DNA from: Heteronotia binoei
Lineage: Eukaryota
Length of the DNA stretch: 64,000 nucleotides
NCBI RefSeq assembly: GCF_032191835.1
Contig: NC_083237.1
Location: 25,234,001 to 25,298,000, forward strand
Reading direction: 5' to 3'
Made by a program: the position numbers and the translations under genes. Numbering within the stretch: the first letter of the stretch is position 1; each line of letters begins with the position of its first letter. Of the stretch, positions 25,640 through 38,438 are shown piece by piece. A model generated the notes under the pieces. The model saw nothing but the letters and a program-made list of their open reading frames with translations, was not told the origin of the DNA and ran no database searches.

Positions 25640-26607
25640 AAAACATTAGCACTCATTGGTCTTAAAGGTGCTTTCTTTGTATTTCTCTCATGGAATCCAG
25701 GGAACTGAGCAAAGGAAGCTCTGGCTCTTTTCTTCCTTCCCCAGGGGACCAGGAGGAGGAGGAGCCTCAGCCAACAGAAGGAGAGAGGCTTGGCTCAGTA
25801 GTTCTGCTGTGTGATTGAGAGAGCCTAGCAGAGCAAACTATCCCTCCCCCTCTCCTCCCCAGGGGAGGAGCCTCAGCCAATTGCTCTGTAGCTCCTGTGC
25901 AATTGAGCAAGCCTGGCAAAGCAAGCTGTGATGCAGAAGGAAGCAAGAGAGAGGAAGAAGCAGATGACAGCCATTTGCTCAGGGGCCTGATTTGACCCCT
26001 AGGCCGCATGTTTGACACCCCTGCATTAAATCTTGGTTGGCCTGGATTAGTCCTTGGATGGGAGACCACCAAGGAAGTCCCAGGTTGCTACACAAGGGCA
26101 GGCAATGGCAATCCATCTCTGTTTATCTCTTGGTTGAAAACCCACAGCGCTGCTGTTGGTTGGCTGTGCCCAGATAACTCTTTCCAGCACATCTCCACAG
26201 GTTGCTGCTTATTCTGGTTTAATGCACTTCCCCTATGTGTGTGCTTTCTCTTTTTAGGATTAAAGGCTGGGGTTTAATCTTGGTTTGAAAATGATATTGA
26301 TTTGTTCAGTCGCTCTTAGGAACTCCTACAGAACTGCATTTATGCAAAATCAGCGTCTAGGGGATTGGTGGTATAGGATTGTGGTAAAACTGGTCAGAAG
26401 AATGTTAGAAAGAGGGCTCTGAAAGCTGGCAGAATAAATCAGTGAGTGGAGGAGAGAGAGGGATGGTGGATTGGTTTATTACTGTTCAGTCAACTGTCTT
26501 TTAAAAAGGAGAAAGTCTGATAATAGAGGCATAGGGAAGGTCTGCGCTAATGGAGATGCAGGGCAAGGCAACAGCTGGAAAGAGGGACCTTTCAGGATAC
26601 TTATCCC

Positions 26608-26726
26608 CGGGGCTTTTTTGTAGAAAAGGCCCAGCAGGAACTCATTTGCATATTAGCCCCCACACACACCAAGCCAGCCGGAACTGTGTTCCTGTGCATT
26701 CCTGCTTTTTTTTTTTTAAAGCCTTG
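26608..26726. mobile_element. hAT MITE (CAGGGCTTTTTT family)
   Basis: Degenerate TIRs, ATTTGCAT unit, TSD cttatccc/tttatcct (6/8). Confidence 0.75.
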
Positions 26727-27776
26727 TTTATCCTATTATCCTCAACGAGGTACTAGATTTTGTATGAAACACCCTGAGAGGAAGTGAAACAGGGATGGTG
26801 AGCCAAGAGGTCATCAGATGAGATGCAGGCTGCAGCAGCCCCTTATGATATTTTCAGTGACAAATTCACATGCAAGTGAGCTGGTGCAGAATACCCTGAA
26901 TTTCTGGAGTATCCATCAAATACATTTTACAACAATGGATGGCTTAAAACAAATGTCCGCTTTTCTGCAACAAGACGGAAGAGAGAAAAGACACAGGAGG
27001 CTCGTGCATATCCTAGGCAGCTTCCATGTGGACGCTTTGCTTCCTTGGCCCTCCCAAACTGGAGTGTGATAGGGGGTGGGTGGTTTGAGCAGCCACATGA
27101 CACCATCAAGCAATCCAGATTTCCCCTTGCTTTGCTGTAGCTTTTCCCGTAAACCTCCTTAGCATGGTGTTTCTAGAAAGATCACAATCAAAGTAGTTTT
27201 GTCCATGTGGGCAGGAAGGTGCAGAGTTTTGAACCTACCCACCCACATCAGTTGTAGTTTCCTTCAGTATTCCCTTACACCTGCTTATTTCCCCCCTCCC
27301 GTGCGACTTGTGGGATTCTTTTTTCCAGCTTAAAAAAATCAGTAGTTGCTGTATTGCTACAGCATCATGATACTGTTGCAATAGACCTGCTACTTTGTTT
27401 TAAGCTGGCAAAAAGTGCTTCAGTGGGGAGGGGAATGGTGGGCACAAGGGAATTCCAAGGAAGGGAACAAGGGATGGTGGGCTCAAGGGAATTCCCAGGT
27501 GGATGCTCCATTGCCATTGCAAATGCCTCTGCATTCACAGCAGCAGTGACTGAAAAAGGGGGAATTGTTGCTGTATGAATCTGTTCTTTAAAAGCTCAAA
27601 AGCAACACTGTGTTTGTGGTTGGGGAAAGTCTGAAATGGGCACAGCGGCGCTGGACAAGGGGAGGGGATTAATCCTTTCCTTATGTGCCTTTTGCCCAAT
27701 GTCAGCTCCCTCCCCATCAGCTGCTGTTTGCTCCTGTGTCTGGTTTGTGGGGCCAGGATGCTGACTTAGATGGATC

Positions 27777-28218
27777 CAGGGGTCATTTCATAGAAAAAGA
27801 GGTGCTGGAGCTCATTAGCATCACTCATTTACATATGCCACACACCCGACATCACCAGAAGGTGTACTAAATTATATCAGCTCAGTATCTATCTTAAAAT
27901 GCTTCTTGAATTATAATTGTCATAATAAAACTTTAATCCCGTCATATTTTTAAGATTATTTTTTCCTATGTGGCCACAGTGGCATGATGAAGATCTGTCT
28001 GTTTTATATGTTTTGGTTATTTTCCCATTTTTGTGGGGGAAAATATTAGAAAGTTTGTCAAATCTTAGAGCTCAGTAAAATTCTCACAGGAGGTTTGAAC
28101 TATGGAGCCCAGAAGCAAGTATGGGGAGGAGGGGGGGCCTGTAAGAAAGAAAGAGCACAATAAAATTTAGAAGTTCCAGAGCTCTGCTCCTGTGAGCTCC
28201 TGCCCAAAATGAGGCCTG
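27777..28218. mobile_element. Non-autonomous hAT element
   Basis: Ends caggggtcattt / aaatgaggcctg with perfect 8-bp TSD GATGGATC (27769-27776 and 28219-28226). Confidence 0.85.
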
Positions 28219-28629
28219 GATGGATCACGTTTCTGAATTTGAAAGATGCTTCTTACATCCAGACTCCATGTTATATTGCTGTAAGCTACACCTTTGGGAT
28301 TCAGGAAGGAGGGGATGACAACCAAGCCTGAAACCACAATGCAGGTTTGGAAGAGTTAGACCCCACCCCCTAGTACTATTTTTAGCCTTTTTAATCATGG
28401 ATCTTTCAGGCCATATATGTGGCCCTAAAACTTTTTAAAATGTTTATTATATAAGCTACACAACTTTCGAAGAACAGAGTATAAACATTTTTTTTAGAAA
28501 TAAAAATATTCAGACTACTGCTGTGATGGCAGCACATGTTTTTTGGATATTATAAGCTGGCCCTAAACTAAGCTTCCTTATCAGAAATACGTTTGCTGAT
28601 CAAACAATCTTTTTCTTGTTCTCCTCCAG

Positions 28630-28882
28630 ATTCTTTGGACGTTTTCCATCTACCTTGAGTCAGTGGCTATCTTGCCACAACTCTTTATGGTTAGTAAGAC
28701 GGGTGAGGCAGAGACCATCACAAGTCACTATCTCTTCGCCTTGGGTGTCTACCGTGCTCTCTATCTATTCAACTGGATCTGGCGTTATCAGTTTGAGGGC
28801 TTCTTTGACCTCATTGCCATTGTGGCTGGCTTGGTGCAAACTGTACTCTATTGCGATTTCTTCTACCTCTACATTACAAAAG
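28630..28882 (+). CDS. KDELR1: KDELR1 coding exon 4 (253 bp)
   Basis: ctcctccag|ATTCTTTGG...AAAG|gtactt; [39 protein letters not shown]...[11 protein letters not shown]. Confidence 0.97.
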
Positions 28883-29718
28883 GTACTTTAAAACCAACAT
28901 CTCTTGGTTTTCTAGGAGGCGAGATGGGTAGGAGTCAGAATGAGGGGGATTAGGGGAGTGAAGACTTCTCTGTGAAGCCTGTCTGTGTGTGTATAGTTGC
29001 TGAAAATCAGAAACGTTATCTTGAAAAAGAGATGCAGTTAATTAAAGGTCACTAGAGGGCACTCAACAGCAGGAATCGAACCAGACCTTCTTTGGTGGCA
29101 TGTACCTCTTAATTAAGTTGTGAATGCTTTCCTGGGAATACTTGTTTGGAATAAGCCGTCTATAAAATTAAATTTGAAAATGCTCATTGTATGATGGCAA
29201 TGTATTAGCCGCTCAGCTATCTTCCACCCTGAGACAAGGAATAAATGGCTTAATATAAATAACTTGAATGATCCAAAGTGTACCTTATTAGAATTTATTC
29301 CTGTGGAATTTAATAGGCCAATCCTGTTGTTAGGCACAGAAAACTGCTTTTTCAGGACATGAGGGGAGACCCTTACAAAGCAACAAACTCTCAGTTATGT
29401 AGTTATATTAATATATATTTTACCATCATAGTGGAATCATTTGGATTTTCTGCCTTAGGCATCAAAATATTAAAGTCTGTGTCCGCTTTTTAAAGTCTGA
29501 AATGTTTATATTTGGTATATATATCTGTATCCTACATATGTGAAAGTAAAAGCACAATTTGCAGATATGACCAAGTATTTTTGGTGCCTGGTATAGAGTT
29601 CTTATTTAATAATTTTTGTTCTGAAATGTTCCTCCTCAGAGGCAATTTAATTTCAGTAGTAGGCAAGGATTCCTACCAACCTCCCTAAAATTTTCATATA
29701 TGCGTTTTCTTTCTTCAG

Positions 29719-29753
29719 TTCTAAAGGGCAAGAAGTTGAGTTTGCCAGCATAG
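29719..29753 (+). CDS. KDELR1: KDELR1 last coding exon (35 bp including TAG)
   Basis: ttcttcag|TTCTAAAGGGCAAGAAGTTGAGTTTGCCAGCATAG gives (V)LKGKKLSLPA*. Candidate poly(A) signals at about 30387, 30446 (AATAAA) and 30603 (ATTAAA). Confidence 0.97.
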
Positions 29754-32522
29754 TACTGAGACCATAACAAGATCCTTTGATTGAGGAAGAAGCTGAAGAG
29801 AATTATCACAGGAAGTTAACAACATGCAGAAGTTCTGATTTTTAAAAAACAAATGAACCACCACGTTAATCACGTTGGTCTATACTTGACCGTGAACTTT
29901 TATCTAAGGGAGTGTGATTTGGGACAAAACAATGATGGTCCTTTTGTTCAAGAGACTGATGCATATGGGGGGTGAGATGAGGTATGAATTTAGTGTATAG
30001 ATTTCTCCAAAGGTATTTTTGATCATTCTTTTCCTCCCTTTCTGTTGCTCTTGACTCTTCTTATTTTGTTGATGAACCAGCACAGGTAGGAAATACACTT
30101 TTTTCCCCCTTTTTAAAGAAAACTGGGCATCTTTTCTTACTTTAGATTCACATTTTGGATTGTTATGCTGACAACTGTTAAAATCTGAACTTTTTCATTT
30201 GCAAGGGGCCTAGTACTATCTGAATAACCAGCTGGAAACACAAATTTAATCTCAGATTCCTTCAGACAGTGGTTTTTGGAGGATCATTTTCTTGAGTAGT
30301 CAGACAAGTGACTACAAGTGACCTTTAAATATTGTCACTCCTTACTCCTGTACATTTGATGATTTCTTCATCCACTTGAAATAGAAAAATAAACAACTCC
30401 TCCTCCCCCACTAATTAGTGCCTTTGTGGGAGGGTTGGGAATTTAAATAAAGAGAATTTTTTTTGTTGCCTGTGTGTATTGTCATCTTTGTGCTTCTCTG
30501 TTCAGTGTGACTGTTTGCATTTCCCATGCTAATCTTTCATACAGTGGTTGTTTTGATTTATATTCCAAATTGTGTCTGCCTTTCTTTTGCAGCTTCTTTT
30601 ACATTAAATGTTTGTTGAGACAGCATACATTTTCTGTGGCTGCCACACTTGTGTGATTCTCAGACACCACCTCACAGCAACATATCTTAGCAAATAACAA
30701 GTTTATGTGTGTTTTTACATGACACTAAAAAGACTGTCCGGAGCAAATTATGTTATGTGCGGATGATGCCCATGTGAGACAGAATATGGAATATATGCTG
30801 AAAACACATTCTGGCCAGCATGGGCTACTGATTTTATGGCACAATCCTATTTGTAGTCACTTGAAAACAAATCTCACTGAATTCAATTAGGTTTACTTCC
30901 AAGTACACAGGTTTATAGCATGTGCCATTATAAATCTCGTGTAAAAACACTTTAGGAAATAATTAGAATTATTCATGGTAAAGGAAATCTTACTGATTAA
31001 TGTCAAACTTAAGGCAATGTATTAACCTGTGTCATGGGTGTTGCCTGGAAGTAGAATGCATTAAGAGGAATCAAGGGGAAGAAGTTCTCTGTCTGCAAAG
31101 TCAGTCCAAACATGCATCTTAGTAGGAGTGAAACAGATAGGAATCGCCAGTATCAGTTAAACCAATAGAATAGTAGAATTAATTTTTTTAGAAGTTTTTT
31201 AAAACTTGGTTTCTGGTCCTGATTTATCTGTAGTCCAGGGTGTGTCCCAGTTCAGAAAGGCTCAGATCATAACACAAATGGGGATATTTTCAACATACAG
31301 ATCTTCACTTGCAAAATACGCAGAGGGCCACTTGCATGTCACAGCATCTCTCAGTGGAGAGGGTGAGGATGAGTTAAGACATGGGATGTGCTCCCTCAGC
31401 TTTTCTTTCAAACTACAAAGTCACAAAAGTACTGTGAAGAAAAGCCAAGCTCCTAATTTTATAGAGAATCTGCAAGGTTTTGGTTTTATGTAGCTTACTG
31501 TAGGCAAGTATATTGACAGGGCTAGAGTTTGTTACATACATTAGTTCAGCAGCATTTCTGTATATAGTGATCAAGAAAAAACATTGTTTTCTGACTGTTT
31601 GGATATGAGAGTTAAATACTTGCTATGAAAAGCTGATTTTTTTTTCAGCAATCATTACTGGGTGATGTGACACTTGCAGGATGGTTCACATGTGTAAGCT
31701 AGCTATTTATTTTGTCCAAGAGACTGCATGGAGAAATATCAGTGTGGAAGGATGATGTAGTCTGTGGCAGCCAGCAACTAGCAAAAAAGCCATCATGATT
31801 ATGGTAAAACCTGTGCATTCAGCCTGGTCCATGCTTAAGTTCTTCCACACAATCCCATACACAGAAAGAATTTCCTTAAGGAAATCATCTGGCTTATGTG
31901 AGTGTATCAATTCAGTAAGAAGTGAATACATGGACTCCTCAGCACAAGCCTTGCTGTTTTTTCCTTGACTGAGGTAAGCAGCAGTTGCTGCCAGCTGACT
32001 GCTTTTCCTGCCCCTAATATGGATGGATGTCCTGGCCTGCCAGTTTGCAAAAAACAGCAGTGCTGTTTTCAGCTGGGATAACAGCATGGTACTATGGCAG
32101 TTGGAGATGTGTGTTCCTTAGTTCTCTTCTCTGGTTATAAAAAGGATTTTATGGCAGAGAGAGATAAACTCTGTGCAGTAGCAATAAAAAGCACTGTGCA
32201 TCTATCTGGACTATTTGTGCTGGCTTTAAAGGGCTGTATCTAGTATATGCTTCCACACTTGAGTAAGAGCCTGGACAAGTTGAGCAGGAAGTGAGTGATC
32301 GCCCTGATTTTGCAAAGCCGAGCTATGTTATTTAGCATGTAGGCTGGCTCTTGTCTTTTCTCTTCCTCTCCCTCTTAGAATGGTTTCTTGTTCCTCTAAT
32401 TTTCATATTGCTTACAGCAGTGGCAAGCTTATATAAAAACAATTGAATGTTCTGATAGAGCAATGGATACTCTCTCTCTCTCCCTCTCTCTCTCTTTATT
32501 CATTACATGAATAAATAATTGC

Positions 32523-32741
32523 CTAGGCATCAGTATTCATTAAGGTCAGTCGGTTGGGCACAGGAGTGGATGGGTAAGAGGCAGCACCCGTGTTATCAGG
32601 GTACCCCACGTTGCTGGGAAACGAGGTGGCAGTGGAAGAGGAAAGGGTGGTCAAGGCAACAGATCCTTCATCCAAAGACCGCTTGTAGGGAATAGGTGGC
32701 TCAGCCCAGAGGTTTTTCAGACCGAGGAAGGCCAGGTACAC
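32523..32741 (-). CDS. SYNGR4: Synaptogyrin-4, last coding exon (219 bp including TAG)
   Basis: ctccctccag|GTGTACCTG; VYLAFLGLKNLWAEPPIPYKRSLDEGSVALTTL... matches the recalled human AYLAFQDLRNDAPVPYKRFLDEGGMVLTTL. The four exons total 690 bp (229 aa plus stop) with consistent phases. Confidence 0.92.
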   Translation of the reverse strand: MYLAFLGLKNLWAEPPIPYKRSLDEGSVALTTLSSSTATSFPSNVGYPDNTGAASYPSTPVPNRLTLMNTDA

Positions 32742-33349
32742 CTGGAGGGAGAAGAGGCGGTGGGTCAGGCACCTGTATTTAACTACGCAAAAGGTTGACC
32801 TCCACCCCACCCCTGCTGATAGTAAACTTCAGAGTCCAGGAACATAAAGAAGAGAGGTGAGTATGGGCTAATTGGCAAGAATATTGATGCTGGTTTCTAA
32901 AAAAACTGGATTACAGAGAGTTAATATTAGATGAATAACTAAATTTTGGCATTTAAAATTAATAGTGTGAGGACATCCTCTAAAGTTCTGTGCATAAGTA
33001 CAGTGCATGGTAAATAACTAATATTAACTCTTTTAAGAATGTGATTTGGTTTATAACAAAATCATTTTCTGTTAGAAACACAAACCATAAATGGATAACA
33101 TTCCTTTAGAAAAAATTAAGTCAGGGTAGAAAAAAAGGTTTTTGATTTTATATACACTTTCTGGGTATTTAAAAAGAAGCTTTCAACTAATGATTATGCC
33201 TAGGTAAATTGGAAGTCTTTTGTGTTTAAAACATTAATTGTGCAAAGTGTTCATTTTCATAATTGTTGGACAATTAAATCTGTATCAAATCTTCAAATTC
33301 CTGAGATACCAACAACTGATTAGTAACATGCATTATAACCTTAGAATAC

Positions 33350-33472
33350 AGTTTCACAGGGTAGCCATGTTGGTCTGCACTAGAAGAGCTAAATTTGAGC
33401 CCAGTAGCACCTCAGAGACAGCAAGATTTTGGTGGTGTGAGCTTTCAAGAGTCAAAGATTCCTTTATCAGAT
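33350..33472 (-). mobile_element. Penelope-like element terminal-repeat remnant
   Basis: gggtagccatgttggtctg...gtagcacctcagagac...gagctttc... pattern with a degenerate hammerhead core (ctgataa...gaaagct) on the minus strand. Confidence 0.6.
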
Positions 33473-35717
33473 AACCTTAAAACAGCCAATGTAGCTAGAC
33501 CAATGTGGCATGCACAACCATAAAATGGCTGTAACAATGCAGAGCCAACCACAAAATGTCAGGGACCGAGGCTATGTATAACTCTTGGTAGTAGCTCTTC
33601 AATATTTCAATCAGAAGCTCTGCTAAAAAGGATGCCTTTTAAAATTAACACATTGTTTAAAATATTTTTTGCATACACACTAAGTAAATATATGGAGCTA
33701 TCTAAGAAAGTATCACCTTGCATTATCTGTCTTCATTTTGCAGGCATCTAACACATGTACACAAAAGGGAAAGGGAAAAATGCTCCCTCGGTGTTGGAGA
33801 GAGCTTCTTGTATATATGTACAATAAGAGAGCTATTCTGGCCACATTTTGATAGGAACATAAAACCACTGTCAGCATTATATCATAATCAGCCCACTTTC
33901 TAAAACACTTAGTGAGCTTCAGGAAAGATGTCCATGGCACTCATAGGCACCAAGTTGGAGACCCCTGCTCTGGTATTTTTGGCACATGTAAAGGCTTGTG
34001 TAGTTGTTGATACAGTGCAATGGCAATAAGACTTCCACATGGCAGATTTTTCCATGTCTCAAGTCTGTTGGCAGCAGCCAGTCCCCTCTCCCCAACCAGA
34101 CTGTTCTACATTTCTCAGATGGGGGGTTTAATGGCAATTGGATAGTCTTATTACTTTATAACAATATGTCTTTCTCTGAATTCCCAGCTTTCATTTTTTT
34201 AAAGGATGTTCTTTGAGAAGATATAAGGGGAAGATATAAGACATCTGCAATAGAAAGGATCTCCTGAATTACTTTTTTTAAAAATTAAAGCTGGGAGTTC
34301 AGAGAACCTGACTGACATAATTATAACAGTATTCAATTGCCAATTAAAACAAAAACTAAAAAACCTCACCTTCTGGTAGTGGAAGAATGGCTGCTACAGG
34401 GACTAAGACATGGGAAAGGGCTGGCATGTGGGCAGGACTGGAAAAATTCAGACTTTCCCAACCACCTGGTAAAAATCCAGGTATTTCTGTGATATCCAAA
34501 AACTCTGTCACAACCAGGTTTGGGAAAGATCAAAGAAAAGCTAGGGAGGTGTGTGAATGGATCATAATGCTGTAAGAAAAGGGGGGGGGGGGAAACCCAG
34601 TTCCCAACTGCATTGAAAACAGGTAATAATAACATGAATGGAGAAAGTCTGTGTATAGGTAAGGGAGCATAAATATTCAACTGGAAATGCTGGTCTAGTA
34701 TATTTTTACATGTTTTTAATAAATATAAAGTGGTACATGCAAGCCAGGTGATGGCTGTGTGATTCAGAGAAATGACAAGTAGTTTTGGGGAGACAAAGGC
34801 AACTGGGAAGCGATGTGGGGCTGAGTATAGAGAAGCAGACAGCTGATCTGTAAAGAAAGACAAATAACAGGAACTAAAACTATGTTGGAATACAAAACAG
34901 TATTAATTTTATTTGGCTTTTGCAAGTAAAATACCTGGGTTAAGTTAGCAAGAAAAATAACTGGGTTATTTTGTTCTTTTGTAAGAAAAAACTGTGATTT
35001 TTCTGGGAAGCCTGAGAATATTGAACATTAAATAATAATTGTTAAATGTGAACAAAAATCAAAACCATCAGCCCTGGAAATAAGATAGCCAATCCAATTT
35101 TTCTGGTTTTGTCATTGTTCTTAAATATACTGCAATTGTAACTACCTCTTCTGAAGCTGACCGCAAATCTTCCAGTTTCGCATTGAAGTTGTAAATAAGA
35201 CTTTGATCAAAGTGTGCTTTCAACAAATTCAACTTATTTGGCTGCCATGGTAAAGTAGAGGGAATTAAATTGCCCTGTGCTTGACTGGAGGTCAGATTAG
35301 CTGTTTCAAATTATCCCTGCTAGAGTTAAAATCTTTGTTAACTGCTCAGCCTTCCTCATCTAGTGTACTGGAGCCATGGGTTAAAGTCCTGAATTGCCAG
35401 CTTATAAATGGAGTCCTGAATTGCTCTGGTTTGTTCTGTGCCAGCTTATAAATGAAGGTCTACTGCAACTGCTCTTATGTGAAGGCTCCTCCTGATTAAT
35501 TCTGCAGCTTGTTGATGGGAAGTGTGAGTCACCTCATTCCACAAGGAATGAACGAATAAACATGCTCTGAAAGAGCTCAGTCCTCAGGCAACTTCTCAAC
35601 ACACTCTGGAATTGGTGGAAATGTATTGAGGCCTTAAAAATAATTCAGGGAATAGGCAACCCTCCCTATTTTCTTTGTGTTCTAAATAAGCATCTTTGCT
35701 GACTGTGCTGGATTCCT

Positions 35718-35757
35718 CATCTGATGAAGTGTGCTTAAGAGCACACGAAAGCTTATG
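35718..35757 (+). ncRNA. Minimal type I hammerhead ribozyme motif in a Penelope-like remnant (35715-35805)
   Basis: CAU-CUGAUGA-A-GUGUGC(UUAAGA)GCACAC-GAAA-GCU-U-AUG: intact core, perfect 6-bp stem II, palindromic AAGCUU stem III, 3-bp stem I. Confidence 0.7.
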
Positions 35758-37150
35758 TTCTAAATAAAAATTGGTTGGTCTTAAAGGTGCAACTTGACTC
35801 CTGCTTTAAGCATCTTGTATGTGAGCCTGCACCAAAAATAGGTTTGTAGTATGTGTCTGATTATTTCAATAGAGATTAGCATCATAGACCTAATGGTTAT
35901 CTAATCTAATGATTTCTGCCATATGGCACACAGGCAGAGTTCTTCAAATTTGTGCATTATCTGTCTTTACTGGGAGGCTGAATTAGCATACAATATATCA
36001 CCTAATCTTTTAGCCCACAGATCTTTAATTTTTAGACACCCAGGACCTATCTTTGATCCTATCTGAAACATGCAACTCACAACTTGCTTTTTTAAAAATA
36101 TGGTCTTTATCTCCCACTATCTCCCCAACATTATGAATGCCATTCCACTGCTTTCATCCTGCATTAAGATGAAAGTTTAATATAACCATCCTAAGAGGTG
36201 TACTTCAATATGTTCTGCGATGTCATATGAGAGGCTTAGACACACCACTGTTTCCAGGATTAATTTAGACGTTTCCACTGTACAATCTGAAAGATTTAAT
36301 GTATTGTTACAGGGGACTTACCTCTAGGATAGCATGTGACATCAGATATTGTTTTAAAAAATCATACCACTGGTATATAGGCTGCCTACCAATTAATCTG
36401 TATGGTTAGAAAAGCTGTTATCAGTCAATAGGAGTTCCTCAAGTATCTCCATTCTAACCAATTAAGATTCTGAGATAAGAAAGATCAGAAAGGGATTTTT
36501 GTGTATACGTGTGCATTGCCATATGTAACAGGTCGATGTCAAGGGCTGAGAAGCTGTTTATCTACATTATCCTAATTTTTGTGTGTGCTTTAAGGCTTTT
36601 CTTAAATGAATTTTACTAGCAGCCAATTTGCCTGCTCTGAATATGTGTCTATTTTTCCATTCTAGTCAATGGATTATTGCTCTGAACTGTCTGCTCAAAA
36701 TGCTACCAAAAACAACTCTAGACCAGTAAGAAGACATCCTTAACCATGCTTTTTGCCCTCTCATTTGCCCTCACATCACTAACGTGATAATGCATCCTGC
36801 TACTGTGAGTCAATTTGGCAGTCACGCTAAACACTCAAACTCCAAATCATGTGCAATGAGACTGTAATAAGATACTAGTTTGTCTTGGCTCAGTTTAAGT
36901 ATAATTTGGGCATGCTGCAGAGGATTAGCTTAGCTACTTGTGTAGGGAAAACACTAACCCCTTCTGCCTCCCTTATCTGTTATAGTGACTAGAGCTGGTA
37001 TGACCTGCTTCTTGGAAGGAGTCAATTTTGGCTCTTGTAAGATGGGGTGTCCTTTTTTCTATTGCAGCTCTGTAGGAATATGCCTCCATAGCTTTCTCAA
37101 TAGGTAGTCTCTTCACACTGAAGTAAAAAAGGGGTACTTTACTGACTCAC

Positions 37151-37287
37151 CCAGCATGGAATGGAGAAGAAGGCAAAGGTGATGCTAGCCCGTGCAGCAC
37201 TAGCTCCCAGCAGGTAGTGGTGAGTTGACCGGTTCCACTGATGTGCTAGGAAACAGAACCCAACAGACCACAGACCTGTCCAGATGA
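37151..37287 (-). CDS. SYNGR4: SYNGR4 coding exon 3 (137 bp)
   Basis: ttttctttgcag|TCATCTGG...TGCTGG|gtgagt; IWTGLWSVGFCFLAHQWNRSTHHYLLGASAARASITFAFFSIPCW (MARVEL domain). Not in the supplied ORF track. Confidence 0.93.
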
Positions 37288-37442
37288 CTGCAAAGAAAAT
37301 TTTACAGTATCATACAAGCACTTGAAGGTACACATAACATCCTAGAGCATAACATCCTGAGACACTGGTAATTTGGAGGATAGAGTGAAATAATGTTATC
37401 AGCCACTTCTTGCTACCCATTCACAGTTATCTTAGATTCAAC

Positions 37443-37603
37443 TGGATAGCCATGTTAGTTTGATGTGACAGAATACAGTGTGAGTCCAGACGCACCTTTG
37501 AAGACCAACAAATTATTATTTATGGTACGGTATAAGCTTTTGTGCGCACACACTCTTTTTCAATGTATTTGAAGAAGTATCCATGCACATGAAAGCTTAT
37601 ACC
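37443..37603. mobile_element. Penelope-like remnant with two inverted degenerate hammerhead motifs
   Basis: ggatagccatgttag...gcacctttgaagaccaac...; perfect inverted repeat ggtataagcttt (37529-37540) / aaagcttatacc (37592-37603). Confidence 0.6.
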
Positions 37604-38438
37604 CAGGGAGGTTTGAGATTAGTCAAACCTCCACTTTGCATTTTAATAGTCCCCCACCCCTCAGAGAACAAGGGTGGGGTTGGGGTGAAATCTGCACAAC
37701 TGCTTTCCAGCCAACTCACCTTCATACATGTGAATGGATCTAGTAGGAGAGATAATGCATGGTTCAAGCAGGGAACAGTGACTTGGAGGGATTAAGGCTA
37801 GAAAGTCTTCAGGAAGGAGAATTCTAGAGAACTCCAGGAAAACCCTCTTTGAGCTAGAGTGATCTGATCAGGGGGTGGAGAAAGGAAGGAGATAAAACTC
37901 CAGGGAGCCAGGAGGAAGCCCTCTTTTACTGGGATGCTGAGTCTATGAGTGGACACAGTTCCACAGGGTCTTTAAGACAGAGATGTTCCACCAGGCTTTT
38001 GGTTGAGGACAGCAATAGTTGCCACTCTGGCTGGGGCATGGAGGACATTCAAAGAAGTGGCTTGATAGCCTGCCTGTCTCCCAACTCTGGTATTCTCTGA
38101 AGGTCTCCCATCCAAATACTTGCCAGAAACTGTGTGCAAAAACTGTGCAAATTCACTCCTCAGGCTATCACAAGCTAGTGCACAAGAGGCATTAACAAAT
38201 CATATTAGGGGTGAACCCTGCTTAGCTTCTGATCTGACTACATTGGGCTTGTCTGGATTATTCAGGTCAGGGCAAAACTTTGTTGGTCTTAAAGATACCA
38301 CTGGGCTAGAACTTTGTTCATTGTCAGTTATTATTCCTCTTGAAATAACTTTTCTGAAGAAAAAAAAAACCTGTCAGCCCCCAGAAAGCTGAACATTTAC
38401 TCCTCAGACTCTCTCGGCTTGGCTTCGCGAACGAAGAT

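Larger units (their letters stand above)
25206..26023. mobile_element. Non-autonomous hAT element (CAGGGGTGTC TIR) containing a nested MITE and an assembly gap
   Basis: TIRs CAGGGGTGTCGAAC / GTTTGACACCCCTG; TSD cattagat/cattaaat (7/8). An inverted paralog lies at 53630-54216. Confidence 0.85.

Noticed and set aside
25309-25665. ORFs spanning the N gap
   Set aside because: Artefacts of translating N.
31707-32087. 126-aa minus-strand ORF downstream of SYNGR4
   Set aside because: No recognisable homology or splice context; SYNGR4 already terminates at 32523.
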